Positions 11,742 through 25,250 of a stretch of DNA of 46,696 nt are shown in pieces. A program made the translations under genes and the position numbers. Each line of letters starts with the position of its first letter. Position 1 is the first letter of the stretch. The notes beneath the pieces are model-generated. The model was not told the DNA's origin. It did no database searches and saw only the letters and a list, made by a program, of their open reading frames with translations. Location of the stretch: the NCBI RefSeq assembly GCF_001194135.2, contig NC_068990.1, positions 32,598,470 to 32,645,165 on the forward strand, read 5' to 3'. The stretch is from Octopus bimaculoides (taxonomy: Eukaryota).

Positions 11742-11940
11742 TCTGGTTGGTGTTAGGAAGGGCATCCAGCCATAAAAACCCTGCCAAAACAGACATAGAA
11801 GTGTGGTGCATGATCCTGCCTGGCTGGCTCCTACCTGGCTGGCTCCTGCCTCGCTGGCTCCTGTCAAACTGTCCAACTGATGCCAGCATGGAAGGTGGAC
11901 ATTAAGCGATAATGATGATGCTGATGATGATGATGATGAT
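11742..11940 (+). mobile_element. SINE/LINE 3' end with RTE-type tail and (ATG)n terminus (family E)
   Basis: ggttggtgttaggaagggcatccagcc...ccagcatggaaggtggacattaa followed by (GAT)n. Also contains a 15-bp unit x3 at 11819-11863. Related pieces at 15030-15155, 16880-16970, 18880-19160, 23962-24070 and 33350-33540. Confidence 0.8.
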
Positions 11941-12630
11941 TGATATTATCTCATCTCTAAATCATCATTCATTGCTGCTGCCACTACTGTTGTTGTCCTC
12001 ATCATAATTTTTCTAGGCTGACATGGTTTTATAGGACAGCCATCTGTATTGTAATGAAGAAAATGTACCAAAGTTATCAACCAGAATAAGTCTTCTTTAT
12101 TCCAAAATATGGCCGTAAGTTAGGTTTTTGAAACAATCATTGATAGGGTTATTGTGTTAGAAGCCAATAAGTAATACCGACTTATAAAGTGATTCCAGTT
12201 TATATTGCTACAGATGTCATAATCATATGACATTTTCAATAGGAAGAGTAAACTTAATCATCAGTGAACAAATTTTTGTTGTCAGAAAGGCAATATACAG
12301 CAATGTTACTGTGGCATGTGTACTTCAGAGACACATAGTTCATGCTTGTCATCTCACTATATCCCTGATATACATAGTAATAATGACACTTTGCCAATGG
12401 TTCAAGAGAGGGAGTCAAAGAGAAAAAAATGAAAGCTGGTTGTCCAGTGCAGCAATCATTCAGTAAAGTCCAAATTCAATGCAATGCAATTCAGGATTCT
12501 AACTTCAAGCCACAAACACCCAAACACATGGTGGACTTTTAGTTGTTTTAGTCAGAGTAAGAAACACATCGGTAATAATCAAATGCTGTCACTTCCATAG
12601 TTTCTTCACATGGAAGGCATAATATTGGTT

Positions 12631-12840
12631 TCAAATTTTGGCACAAGGCCAGCAATTTTAGGGGATGGAAGAAGTTGATTACATTGACCCCAGTGTTCAA
12701 CTGGTACTTATTTGATCGACCCTGAAAGGATGAAAGGCAAAGTTGAACTTGGTGGAATTTGAACTCAGAATGTAAAAACGGACAGAACGCCCCTAAATAT
12801 TTTGCCTGGCATGCTAACAATTCTGCCAGCTCACCACCTA
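12631..12840 (-). mobile_element. SINE family A
   Basis: Reverse complement of the family A core (ggatgaaaggcaaagttgaac...ctgccagctcacc). Confidence 0.9.
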
Positions 12841-12859
12841 AGGAAGGAATAATACTGAG

Positions 12860-13150
12860 GGGAGCAGTCACGTGGTTTAGTCACAAATCTCTAGAAACTT
12901 GCATGGTTGCATCTTCTGTTGATGCAATGTTTAAGAGGTGTAATCTTGGTCATCTTGGAAAAGGAAGGATGAACGAATGTGTGTATCTTTCCCTTCTTCC
13001 TTCCAGTCTTAACCTACCATTTTAAATAAGGAAAGGTCCCATTAGATAATGGAGTCACTCCTCATGTCTCTTAAAAGAAAATAGGATGGTCATAGACGAA
13101 ATAACTTTTATCATGTCTGCTGGTTTAGGGGTGACCTGAGGCTAAATAGC
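12860..13150 (+). mobile_element. Interspersed repeat family F (unclassified, SINE-like)
   Basis: Shares ...ggatggtcat...ggggtgacctgaggctaaa with 18390-18575 and 35820-36030. Confidence 0.55.
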
Positions 13151-14161
13151 AATAACCATCCTCCCGAACAAAGGCAAAAGATTATACCATCACCATCGTC
13201 TTCATCGTCATAGTCACAACAAACACCCTGCACTCATCATCCAACACCCACAAAATAAACAATAAGCTGAAGATTTCTGATTGTGTAAGTGAATTGTGAT
13301 CAAAGAGAATGTCACAGATGAGGTTAATGAATGAAAGATGCGGTGGGGGAGAGTGAGAGTGATGTAAGGGTGGGGGTTAAAGTGTGAGAGAGGAAGGTGG
13401 GTAGGGGTGGGGTGAAAAAGGTAGCTGTGTGTGGGTGTAGGGGTGGAGCAAAAAAAAAGAGGAAGATGTGTGGTGGGTGGAGTGAGATAACCAGAATTAA
13501 GTGAATGTCTGAAATGTATTGAGAATTCAGACTAAACCAACTTGTTTTGACAGCTATCACTCAGTTTATACACAGCGCAACCCCCTGCCTGTTGCACACA
13601 CACACACACATACACTGCAATATACAGCTGCACACATACACTAATACTCACACTAACGAAATACGCATATACACACACCAATAAAGTACACACACACACA
13701 TATATACATAAACATTGAAATATCATATCATTCATTTATCAAAATTATTAATTTCTGATATTATATTTCAATAGATCAATGAAAATCATTGAGACATTAA
13801 GGCTGAGACTAAATATATTTATTATTCTCTGATTGTCTGTCTGTTTGTCCTGCCTCCCATTAATTTTTGGTGTTCTAAACTTGTTAACTTTGTATTATGC
13901 CTCATCCTAACTCACCCCTTTACACAACTAAATCTGTTTTGCTGTCTGAAACCCCATTCTATACCAAACTGTTTCTATTTTTACTTCCACCGTAACCCCT
14001 AAATTCTTAATCATTAAACAGATGGGCAGTTTTGTAACTCCATTATATGCCTTCTTCCAATCAGAGATTGGAAGAAACAGATGTAATGCTTCTATTCATC
14101 AATAAATAAGAAAACACCGTCTGAACCAGGTGTAGTAAGCCTCAATCCATCTGTTGCTGTT

Positions 14162-14214
<53 letters not shown>

Positions 14215-14266
14215 TTGTGTATTTGTCCCCCCAACATTGCTTGACAACCAATGTTGGTGTGTTTAC

Positions 14267-14699
14267 NNNNNNNNNNNNNNNNNNNNNNNNNNNNNNNNNN
14301 NNNNNNNNNNNNNNNNNNNNNNNNNNNNNNNNNNNNNNNNNNNNNNNNNNNNNNNNNNNNNNNNNNNNNNNNNNNNNNNNNNNNNNNNNNNNNNNNNNNN
14401 NNNNNNNNNNNNNNNNNNNNNNNNNNNNNNNNNNNNNNNNNNNNNNNNNNNNNNNNNNNNNNNNNNNNNNNNNNNNNNNNNNNNNNNNNNNNNNNNNNNN
14501 NNNNNNNNNNNNNNNNNNNNNNNNNNNNNNNNNNNNNNNNNNNNNNNNNNNNNNNNNNNNNNNNNNNNNNNNNNNNNNNNNNNNNNNNNNNNNNNNNNNN
14601 NNNNNNNNNNNNNNNNNNNNNNNNNNNNNNNNNNNNNNNNNNNNNNNNNNNNNNNNNNNNNNNNNNNNNNNNNNNNNNNNNNNNNNNNNNNNNNNNNNN
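14267..14699. other. Assembly gap (N run) beginning inside a family B SINE tail
   Basis: 433 N immediately after gtttgtgtatttgtccccccaacattgcttgacaaccaatgttggtgtgtttac. Confidence 1.
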
Positions 14700-14821
14700 T
14701 ATGTGTATGTATGAGTGTGTTCCTGTTATGATGTATGATAATTGTAAATGAATGTCACTGTGATGCCAGTGGTCTTCTTTGTTTTCAATCTTCTATGAAA
14801 ATATGTCTGGTCATATGAAAA

Positions 14822-15022
14822 TATTCTTTTCTACTCTAGACACAAGGCCCGAGATTGGGGAGGTGGCCCAGTTGATTAGATCGACTCCAGTACGCAACTG
14901 GTACTTAATTTATCGATCCTGAAAGGATGAAAGGCAAAGTCAACCTTGGTGGAATTTGAACTTGAAATTAAAGACAGAGGAAATAACGCTAAGCATTTTG
15001 CCTGGTGGGCTAACGTTTCTGC
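14822..15022 (-). mobile_element. SINE family A
   Basis: Reverse-complement family A core and head. Confidence 0.9.
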
Positions 15023-15229
15023 ATTACATTACTTGGAAACAGGTAAGGGTTAGTGACAGGAAAGGTATCCAACCAATGAAAATCTGCTACAACAAATTCT
15101 GTCCAACCCATACGAGCAAGGAAAAGTGGATGTTAAAACAATGATGATGATGATATACAACACTCACACATCCAAGCACTGCCTAAGAGTTTATTTGGGT
15201 TTCCCACTCAATAATATTGATTCTCCTCT

Positions 15230-15960
15230 CTTGATGTTCTATGACTTGTTAATGACAGCATTTCTTACAGTTTCTTTTGCTGTCTAATTATTAAAGTTTT
15301 ATTGTAACGCCTTTTGTTGTTGTTGCTAATGCTGTTGCTTCATGTGTTTCTCATGTTTACTTGTGAAATACAATTATTGATACTATATTGGGAAATAAAA
15401 ACTTTTTGCCAAGACTGCTGTGAACAATGTAGCCATTGTTATATTTTGAGTTCAATGTAGAACTTAGTTCTGAAGAAAAACCATGAAATATTTCAACTAA
15501 CAATCACATGACCTATTCATACATTGTTACAGTGATGCATGATTAGAATGTTTTACAAACAACTGCTTACATCAAAGAGGACATGAATAATATAAATAGA
15601 AAAGATTCTAACACAGCCAGACATTGTATTATCAATGCAATTACTTAATAACTTGCATGAAATATCTAACAAAATGTTTTTCAATTCATTCATAAGTTCA
15701 TTGGAAATCTACATTTGGACTTGTTTCTCCATTGGCACCAATTCTAATGTACATCAGATTTCTTTTACAATGTTTACAATGAATTTTACTCACTAAATTC
15801 TAGCATTCTTTGAAACTGGGTTTGTTTCTTTCTTACAAGTTCAAGTCTGCCTGTAAGTGGTAAGTTTTATCTTGATTTGGTCTATCATAATTCTATAATC
15901 CATTTTTGTTTTGAGTATGGTTCTAACTTAGCTGTCTCTTGCAATTGGATATGATGTAGT
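15230..15960 (-). mobile_element. Possible highly degraded RTE-like LINE ORF2 fragment (post-endonuclease region)
   Basis: Stop-ridden translation DYRIMIDQIKIKL...NELKNILLDISCKLL resembles the SDHRLV..KIKL...WNELK.IIL region of RTE ORF2, from memory. Weak. Confidence 0.25.
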
Positions 15961-17106
15961 AGCTTATAACATACTTTTACTAACTGCTTTATGTTCCTCT
16001 GTAGATGTGAGCAGATATGAACATACTCTTGAATCTTCCATACTTAACCCAGCAGAACACTAAAGATGTAACAGCTAGAGGGAGAGAGCTGCTACTCATC
16101 TTTAACTGCCTGGAGCAATGTGAAATGAAGCACTTTGCTCAATGACACAATATCTTACATGGAACATTAATCAAAGTCACAACATTAGTATATTTATACA
16201 CATCCATTTCTGCTTGATTTTAATTGTGGTTAATGTTAATATTTTGTTCAGTTTATATATCTAAGTTACTAAAGTGTTTGTCTATATCTGAATTCATGAC
16301 ATTATTTAGTTTAATCTTGGTCAATTTTAAAATCAAATTCCCTCAAGTTTGACACTAACATTCTGCTCTCTAGATGTTACTGATTAACTAATGAAGTCCA
16401 AATTTCTAAAGGACTGTAATGGGGTAACCCTTAGCTCTGTCATCATTACATTGAGTAAGTGATGTAAAATTTCCCTTTATCTGTATCACTTGTTTATTCT
16501 ACATAACCTTATTAGAAGATAAGATACCTATTCCTAACAACAACTAGATGAACTGAAGCATCTAGAATTAAGTGTACTTTTTAAATTTAAACAATGGAAA
16601 GAACACTAATGATTAGGGGGTCAAATACTCAATCTTTGGTATAACCTTGTGTGCACATATATATCTTACATATGTGTTATATCTCCATGTATGTGTGTCA
16701 TATTTGTGCTCATCTGTGTGTCTACATATGCATGCATGTACACACATGGGCACTCATATACATGCATACCTGTGTGTGTGTGTGTGTGCATGCATTATGA
16801 TCTGTATTTAGTATCATAAGGTAAGTTAACTGCCTTCACTTCTGGATATAATACTTATGGAAGTTCTGGTATCTCTTCTTGACAGCTAAGGTTCAGGAAG
16901 AGCATCTGACCATAGAGAATCTGTTGCAACAAATTCTATCCAACCCATGCAAATATGGAAAAGTAGATGATGGTGACTGGAATTGAATTAAAATTGTCTA
17001 TGCTGGAAGTCCTGTATAATAAATACCCTGTCAATCATTTTGGCTTTGCATATTTTATGGGGAAGAGGAGAGAAAGAAAGAGAGAGAAAGAGGGAGAGGG
17101 AGAGCA

Positions 17107-17149
<43 letters not shown>

Positions 17150-17164
17150 GAGAGAGAGAGATGT

Positions 17165-17410
17165 GATAATTTACTCCAGAACATCACAAGAATTCAAAAA
17201 TTGTCTTTACAAATGGGACTTTGAAATGGCAAGTTTCTGTAATGAATTCAGAATCCCAGAGGCTGCAACAATAAAGAGTTTTAACTACGGAGCACAGTGT
17301 CATCAGTTCAAACCTTATTCTCAGAGCATTTGGATGATAACCTGGAGCAGAAAACAAACTCTGCTTCATCCATTTTGCTTGACTGACAAAAGGCAGTTTC
17401 CATTTCTTCA
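17165..17410 (+). mobile_element. Degraded CR1/Jockey-type reverse transcriptase fragment
   Basis: One frame reads LLQNITRIQKL...EF*LRSTVS...LEQKTNSASILLD*QKAV, with motif order and spacing like SLL..SKIFEKL...GFR..STV...FLD.SKAF. Several stops. Confidence 0.45.
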
Positions 17411-17624
17411 TCATAGTTTTAGGGAATGTCATTCAGATGCAAAAAACAATTACCACATCACCACAACTCTCCTATCCTTATGAGAATGAAAAGAAATGAA
17501 TTTTACGCCCACTTTTTCATGCTTGTTTCCAAGTACAGTAATATTTCCCCAAAACCAGACATGTTTCCATGGCAGATTAAGTGATGTTCATTAACAACTC
17601 TCATATAGTGTTGTGGCAAAGTGA

Positions 17625-17679
<55 letters not shown>

Positions 17680-17686
<7 letters not shown>

Positions 17687-17832
17687 CATGTGATGGCTCC
17701 TTTCAGCATATGTCTACCAAATTCACTCACAAGACTTGTTATAGAAGGCACTTTCCCAAACTGCTACACAAAGGGATTGAACCTGAGACTATGTGGTTAG
17801 GAAACAAACCTTTGTGCCACATAGCAACGTCT
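17680..17832 (-). mobile_element. SINE family B head following (CA)n
   Basis: gtctaccaaattcactcacaagac...gggattgaacctgagactatgtggttaggaaacaa is the reverse complement of the family B tRNA head. Confidence 0.8.
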
Positions 17833-17940
17833 GTAAAATAATAAAAAAAATATTCTTCAATGTCTTTATTTAGTAATTTTATATCATAATTTGTAAAGAG
17901 CAGCATCTTTGGTTACATGATTCTGACTAGGACCTCTTAC

Positions 17941-17982
17941 TGATTCACAAGCTCTCTGATGAGAACAGTGACATGGGAGTGT
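17941..17982 (-). CDS. Tentative 42-nt symmetric exon (HSHVTVLIRELVN in phase 2, or TLPCHCSHQRACES in phase 0)
   Basis: Strong acceptor atttgttctgtaccatgtttcAG and donor tca|GTAAGA, in sequence not assigned to any repeat. Confidence 0.35.
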
Positions 17983-18879
17983 CTGAAACATGGTACAGAA
18001 CAAATATTTTCAAGACATAATGAAAATCACTATATTTTTAAGTTGTAATTTTTAGGATAGCATATATGCCAATTTATAAAGGATAACCAACGGTAGAAAT
18101 ACCAGTGGTATGTTTTGATTTATTCAATTTATTCAGTACTTTTGTGGCACATTTGACAACAACTACCACTAATACAACAACAACTATAATTGCTACTACT
18201 GCTTGAGTAATTTTGTTGATTTCCTAGGTCAACCAAAGAACTACCAATTGATAATTTAGAACCATAGCAAATCATCTGAATTTCTACCTCACTCTTCACT
18301 CACAGTCTCTGTCTCTCTGTCTATCTCTCTTTCTCTCTCAACTGTGTCATCACAACTGTTTCTCCCACCACAATCAATAACTATGTTGAGAACAAGGAAC
18401 TCTTTACACAGACACTGTGCTTGCTTTAACAACCAAGCGTCACTCAAACTACATCCAACCATATGGAAAGTAAGACACACAGTATTGTATGGTGCTGTGT
18501 AAAGAGAGGATGTCAATGTCTTCAATCATAGTTCAGCTCAATCAGGCCTGACCTGGAGCCAAACAATAACAACAAGTTTGAAATTGATACAATTCAGTAT
18601 GCATTTGTAAAAGAGGTCTATAATTACAGAGTATCAATGATGAAAAAGAAGTGGAAGAAATATATAGTATGATATCCTATAAAACGACCTGTTGGGGGTG
18701 CACAGTACTGCAAACCAGTACTGAGCTCTGGATCATTTTGTACTGGGCCATGCAGAAAGAATAGGTTTTTCAAATTTATTCCTCTTTTACTGAATACCAC
18801 TGTCTGCGGTGTGTTGCTGCATTACATATATAATACATATGTGATAATGTTATATATGTAATAAATTAAATTCATCATC

Positions 18880-19160
18880 ATCATCATCATCATTTAACGT
18901 CCACTTTCCATGCTAGCATGGGTTGGACGATTTGACTGAGGACTGGTGAAACCAGATGGCTACACCATGCTCCAATCTGATTTGGCAGAGTTTCTACAGC
19001 TGGATGCCCTTCCTAACACCAACCACTCCAAGAGTGTAGTGGGTGCTTTTACGTGCCACCGGCACGAAGGCCAGTCAGGAGGTACTGGCAACAGCCACGC
19101 TCAAAATGGTGTATTCTACATGCCACCTGCACAGGAGCCAGTCCAGGGGCACTGGCACAA
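18880..19160 (-). mobile_element. RTE-tailed SINE family E, well preserved
   Basis: (CAT)n-ttaacgtccactttccatgctagcatgggttgga...ggatgcccttcctaacaccaacc. Confidence 0.85.
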
Positions 19161-19195
19161 TCTCACTCAAATGTCTTACCACATGCCACCTGATT

Positions 19196-19401
19196 TCAAA
19201 TTTTGACACAAGGCTAGCAATTGCAGGAGTGGGAGTAAGGTGACTCCCTCTCAGTCCTCAACTGATGCTTATTTTATCGACCCCTAAAAAGGATGGAAGG
19301 TAAAGTTGACCTTGGTGGCATTTGACCTCATAATGTAAAGACAGAGAATATGCTGCTGAGCAGTTTGCCAGTCATGCTAACAATTTCACCAGCTCATTAT
19401 C
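19196..19401 (-). mobile_element. SINE family A, diverged
   Basis: Reverse-complement family A core and tail. Confidence 0.75.
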
Positions 19402-19724
19402 TTAATTAAATTATATATTAAGCACTTTATTATATTTTGGTATGCACATGATGTCTCCAGTCTGTGGAAAAGCTGTCTTGCATGAAACCAGTTTGTGGTG
19501 TAATAAAGGTTGGGCTAAACTGCCATAAAAGATGAACAGTGAATTTAGTACATTGCTCTATCTTAACTCTTCCTCATTTTATGTCTGCTTTCTATGTTGG
19601 CATGGGTTATCATGGTTTTAGTCAACCCTTATTTAAAGTTATTGCCCTTCTACAGAGGTCAATGAATTATTAGAAATAAACACATTTATACACATGCATA
19701 CACACACATACTATAAGTGCAGAT

Positions 19725-19890
19725 ATAGCTGTGTGTGGTGAGAAATTTGCTTCCCAACCACATGATTCTGGGATCAGTTCCACTGTGTGGCACCTTGGGC
19801 CTGTGTCTTCTACTAAAGCCTGGGGCTGACCAAAAACTTACGATTGGATTTAAGAGACAATCTGAAAGAAGACTATTGTCTGTGTTTGTG
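19725..19890 (+). mobile_element. SINE family B head
   Basis: gctgtgtgtggtgagaaatttgcttcccaaccacatgattctgggatcagttcccactgtgtggcaccttgggc. Confidence 0.85.
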
Positions 19891-20369
19891 TTTATATATA
19901 TATATATATATATATGATGAATTCTCTCATCATGAATGATAAATGAGGATTAAGTAAAATAAAGTGGTAATTATGATCTAGGGACAGGCATGTGTCTCTT
20001 GAGGCCTGCTGGTGCATTTCAAACCTGACAAATGGAACAAGTTGAGGACTGAGTTTGCTTGAGTGCTTGTGGATCATTTACTACGTGTTTTCTTGAGTGG
20101 ACAGTAAGGCCTGCTTTGCTACATACCACAAGACCATAATGACAGATAAGGTTTTCATTTAGAGGAGCAGCGTTTTACCAACATACCTTCATGCTAGCGC
20201 AAAATTAGTCCTAATACTAGAGTCGACTTTGTTCAAATCTTTGAACTGAGGAGAAATGGGACTGGCACCAGGTCCTAAATTCTGATGCTTTGTTTTCCCA
20301 GGATGAAAAGGGAATGCTGCATCAGTTCAGATTGTCTTTTAGTTTGTCTTTCTATGTATCTATGTGAGC

Positions 20370-20585
20370 CTTTGTTCATGAGTTTGTTCCCCATCAACAC
20401 TTGACAACCAATGTTGGTTTGTTGAAGTCCCCTGTAACTTAGTGGTCCAGCAAAGGAGTCTGACAGGATAAGTACAGAATTAAAAAATAAGTACCAGGGT
20501 ACTTATTTTGTCAATTTGTTTGATGAAAACCAGTCAAGATAGTGCCCCAGTATGGTCGCAGTCTATTGACTGAGACAAGTAAGAG
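20370..20585 (+). mobile_element. SINE family B tail
   Basis: cttgacaaccaatgttgg...gtaacttagtggtccagcaaa...cagtatggtcgcagtc...gactgagacaagtaa. Confidence 0.8.
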
Positions 20586-20912
20586 ATGTGTGTATGCTTT
20601 CCTCTCTCCCTCCCTCCCTGTCTAACTCTATCATTCATGCATTTATTTCTTTCAGTTATTTTTTTCATTCACTGAATTTTATAATATAGATAGATAATTC
20701 ACCGATCTATTATAAACCTCCAGCAATGAATAAATTACATAAGATTTCACATAATTATCTGCTCATTTTGTAAAATTGGAAAAGCAATTAATTATTCTTT
20801 TTTCTCAATTTATCTTATTTTGTATTTTTGAAATTTGCATTCTGAGATTTTATATAAAACCAAAAGGTTTACCTGAGGCATGGGTGAGTGTGTGTGTGTG
20901 CGCATGTGTGCA

Positions 20913-20946
<34 letters not shown>

Positions 20947-21700
20947 TGAATGTATGTGTGCATGCATGTATGTGTATGGATTTATGTGTGTATGTGTTTG
21001 TATGTATGGAAGAGGGTAATCAAAATATACTGAATAAAATGCAATAATAAAAAAAACAAAACACAGAGCAAGAAGAAATAAAATAGGAAAAAGAAAAAAA
21101 GCATACTTTATCATTAGATATAGTGTTAGGAATGAAAGACAGGTCTAAAAGTGAATAAAAATTCTTGTAAATTAACAAATGAAAATATGTATGTCTATAT
21201 GTATGTACGTACACACACACACACACGCACACACACACACACACACACATATGGATAAACAAACAGTTGTAGCAACAAACAAAATGATGCTGATTCAGCC
21301 TATCAGGTAAATTTAACTGAGTTTAATTATTGAAGCAACATCAAAGAGATAATAAAAACAAAAACATTGCAAATGTGATTTTATTTGATAATTCATTGAT
21401 ATTTTGACACTGAATCAGTGTTCCAGTCCACCTCTGTACCCAAACATATCTGTTGGGCTAATATATTAAGTACTGTTATTCAGTATTTACTTTGGGCTTA
21501 TGTTTGAAAGAACTTAGGAAGCATGGTAGTCAGGGTGATTACTTTGACATGTTTAATTATAGTGAATTGGCAATGAAGTAGAAAATACATAAAACTAACT
21601 TCTGATCTGTGAGGTTAATGAGTATGTTTGTAAAAAAATAGTTGCCTCTCAAACTGCTGTCTTCTATAAAACAGTTATGTCTCTTACAGTTTTCCACTAC

Positions 21701-22106
21701 CTCACTAGCAAGGGATGCTTATGATATGTACTTCAAAAAAATGATTGAAGGATATCTAGAAACTTCTCATCTCAATAGTTAGATCACTTTTTAAGTTTAA
21801 TCAATCTCTGAATCAAAATGGATAAGATAGCTATTCCAGACACTTTGATATCCCAAAAATTCTTTTCAATATGATAAGAAGTTTAAGTGAAAATTGGAAA
21901 GGGCTCACTAGCAATGGATACTTATGATATGTACTTTAAAAAAATGATTGAAGGATATCTAGAAACTTCTCATCTCAATAGTGAGATCACTTTTTAAGTT
22001 TAATCAATCTCTGAATCAAAATGGATAAGATAGCTAGTCCAGACACTTTGATATCCAAAAAATTCTTCTCAGTATGATAGGACGTTTAAGTGAAAATTGG
22101 AAAGGG
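21701..22106 (+). repeat. Direct tandem duplication, 2 x 203 bp
   Basis: 21701-21903 and 21904-22106 align end to end (ctcactagcaa...ttggaaaggg) with scattered substitutions. Confidence 0.95.
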
Positions 22107-23477
22107 TTCTAACATCTCCTGATGATAATCAATTCCAACTTCAATTCTAACAGACTGGAGTATTTGCAGCAACATACTGGGCCCAGAGTAGTTGAGAGTA
22201 TAGGAAATTGTGCAACTTTTAATAATGTACTAAAACATCAAGTAGCTTATGTGAAATCACCAAGTGGAACATATACCAGACATCTGTCAATATATTTTCA
22301 AAAGCTCAAAGTAAACATTGACAAATTTCTTGAATCTGGTAGTGATACTATAGCTTCACTGGCTGAAGAAAGTAAATTATCATTTAAAAGAGATTTTCTA
22401 TATGGAATATATTCAAATATTCCAGGATTATAATATTAGATAATAAAATCATGATACTTGATAATTCCATGCAGTAGGGTAGATCTTTGGAACAAGCTCA
22501 ATCTTATGTGGAATTGCATGGAATATCTACTGCTTCTTTGGAACTCTCACTCTGAGGTTAATTTGAACAATAAGTTGCTGTAAATCCTAAAACTTGAAGA
22601 GGCTTTTTTCCTGTAGCAACTTGAAGATACACCTTAATATTTTGTGTCCAGTTAATATTGTCAATTGTCAGATGTAGGATAGTGGGCTATCGTCTGATGA
22701 TCTGGTGGCTACACCTTTTCTTTGTAACACAATCCAAGACATCTTCGGTTATTTAATCAGAATTTATTTTTCTAGCAATTGTATGTTTTGTTACTGGTCT
22801 CCTTCCATCTATGATAATTGGGAAAATTAATAACGAAGTCTTCAAAATTGTCAAAGATACAGACTTATTTGAAAATTTCAGCTGTCAACGATTAGCTAAT
22901 GAATTCAACTAGGAAATATGTATAAAAATATGTACAAGTTCCATAACTAATTTTGAATAAACAGAACAAATTAATGGGTTTCTGTATCTAAAATATCTAC
23001 TAAAATATGTATAAAAGATAGATTATATAAAATCTTACAACATTTTGTTCCTCCATAACTGATGTGACTCTCAGTAGACCTTTGTTTTTGAAATTATATA
23101 AAGGTACCAAAGATTGTCACAGATCAGAATCTTTTTTTCATTTGTGGTTTTACTCAAATACAAGAGGCTAATGGAACCCACTAAACATTTTCAAAACCTC
23201 ACTCCAAACTATAAATCTTTTGCTACACTGTCATAATGTGGAAGATTATTTATGGATCCAGAAATCTCAAAACTTTTGAGAGATGGCATCATAGAACCAA
23301 ATAATTTACCATGATAAGCATAGGTTTAAATTTTAACCAGTGATTTCTGTAGAAAAAGGCTTGCAGATTTCTCATTATACATTTGTTCAGCTTCATCTCT
23401 AGCCTATCTAATGAGTGATATATATCCAATCAAATATTATAGTAAAATTGATCCAACACTAATGAAGAGGATAGTAA

Positions 23478-23550
23478 ACCATCACCACCACCACCGCCAC
23501 CACTACCACCATCACCGCCATTGCCACCACCACCACCACCACAGCCATCA
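23478..23550 (+). repeat. Imperfect (CAC)n microsatellite inside the Gypsy RT region
   Basis: Read directly; it produces the poly-His ORF 23411-23722. Confidence 0.9.
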
Positions 23551-24211
23551 TGATGGGCAGGACAATTTAAAAGAATCTTATGAGCCACAGGGTTGTGTCA
23601 AGTTCAGTGTCAATATTTGTGAAAAGACCTTACACACATTTTTCAAGCTGCTAAGGATCTATACAAATTTACTCAACTGGTGTAGCAGTGCTTCATCATG
23701 TCATCATAGAGTTTATCAATGAAAATAATCTTAAAAGCACCTATTCATATTTGGAATATTATATATTTTTAGTTTGTAGTGAAACAAAATCAGAATACAA
23801 TACCAATCTTTCAAATTTTTTTAATGGTGCAAAATGTTATAATCTGACCTTAAATAAAGATAAATATAATCTACTATAGATATTAACTTCTTAGTGTATC
23901 TAATTTTGCAAGAAGATTTATGTCTCAATCTTTTAAAGTGCTTTCTGCTCATTCAGTTGTTCATTTTGCATCCATTTTTCCATGCTAGCATAGGTTAAAT
24001 GAATACATTATTGAGGCATTGTTTCACAGTCAGATGTCCTTCTGGAGAATTCCCAAGTAAGGGATCACTTATTATGCATAGGTTTGAGGGCATAAAGTAA
24101 GCAAGCAAATTATTGACAGGAGAAAGTGCCAACAAAAACACCCCTTGAATATCATAACTTTCAAATAGGTGAATGCAGATGTAAACAAACACATAGGCAT
24201 AAATGCAAATA

Positions 24212-24214
<3 letters not shown>

Positions 24215-24252
<38 letters not shown>

Positions 24253-24420
24253 ATGAACTTCTCTTTAGTTTTTTTTAGTTTCTGTTGATCTAATCTATTT
24301 ACAAGGTTTCGGCTGACATGAGGCAAAATACACTTTCCCAGGTACTGTGCAGTAATATTGACTCCAGATCATTTGGTTGTGAAGTGAACCTCTTAACTAC
24401 AAACCCAATGTCTGTGTCAA
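24215..24420 (-). mobile_element. (CA)n plus SINE family B head, nested in the Gypsy element
   Basis: ctatttacaaggtttcggctgac...cactttcccaggtactgtgcagt...gactccagatcatttggttg. Confidence 0.7.
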
Positions 24421-25016
24421 TCAAAATAGTAAATAATTACCCCAGGTATTTGGGTTCTTCATGTACTATGCCAAATAGACCCCATCCTATTCTTCAAAAA
24501 TTTGGCAGTTAGTTAGGGAAAATTTCTCTCTCTTTCTCTGAAGATACAATAAAATGTATTGATTCTACTAAAAATGATATTATATTAAAAATAATATAAA
24601 CAGCTGTGTCTGTTATCGATGAAGATTTGCTTTTTACTATTGAAACTGATAGCATTGGTGAAATTATTGCTGCAATATTTTCATCTTGTGATAATGATGC
24701 AGAAAATAACTCGTGACATTTTTCTTAAGATCCTCAATTCTAAAAAAAAAAATATTCCTGCTGCAATGTTGAAAAAGAGACTAATGCAGTAATAGAATTT
24801 CTGAGAAAATGGTAACATTTCCTCAAAAATCTTTGTCATTTAGCAATAGATCAAAAGGTTCTTTTTCATTCATGACGATAAAAATCTCAGAACAAGTTAA
24901 AAAATATGGTAAAAATCTCACATTAGAATTTTTTCGAAAATTACTGTTTGTAAATCTCACAATGAGAGATATTCAGCAACAGTACTTTGGAGTAAAGATT
25001 GTTTTGTCAACATAAC

Positions 25017-25250
25017 ATGGCAGTCCTGGTTTAGGACGAATGTTGCTGTAATTTAGCCCCAGGAGACATCGTCTCCAGCTGGCTATATGATATGATCTGT
25101 GTTCTTATATTTTTGAACAAGGGAATCTAGCACCCCACTCAGCTCAAGGCAATATCTGTGTATCGTTATTTCCAGGTTATTTTCCTTCATCAGCACAGAA
25201 TAATTGTTTGGCTAGAGGAGGTGCTGCCAAATTCCAGTGTGAAATATATA
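25017..25250. mobile_element. Unclassified GC-richer insertion splitting the Gypsy RNase H C-terminus
   Basis: The RNase H reading breaks at about 24925 and resumes at about 25310 (SYTINYK). Weak terminal inverted similarity (tggcagtcct / aggtgctgcca). Confidence 0.45.

Noticed and set aside
17040-17483. 147-aa plus-strand ORF
   Set aside because: It starts in GA/TA microsatellites. The remainder is better explained by RT-like motifs in a different, stop-containing frame.
20189-20247. Minus-strand segment with a good acceptor and AAG|GTATGT donor
   Set aside because: All three frames contain stops within the 59 nt. It could only be a UTR or non-coding exon, and nothing supports that.
23411-23722. 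His-rich 103-aa ORF
   Set aside because: The His run is a (CAC)n microsatellite inserted in the decayed RT region.
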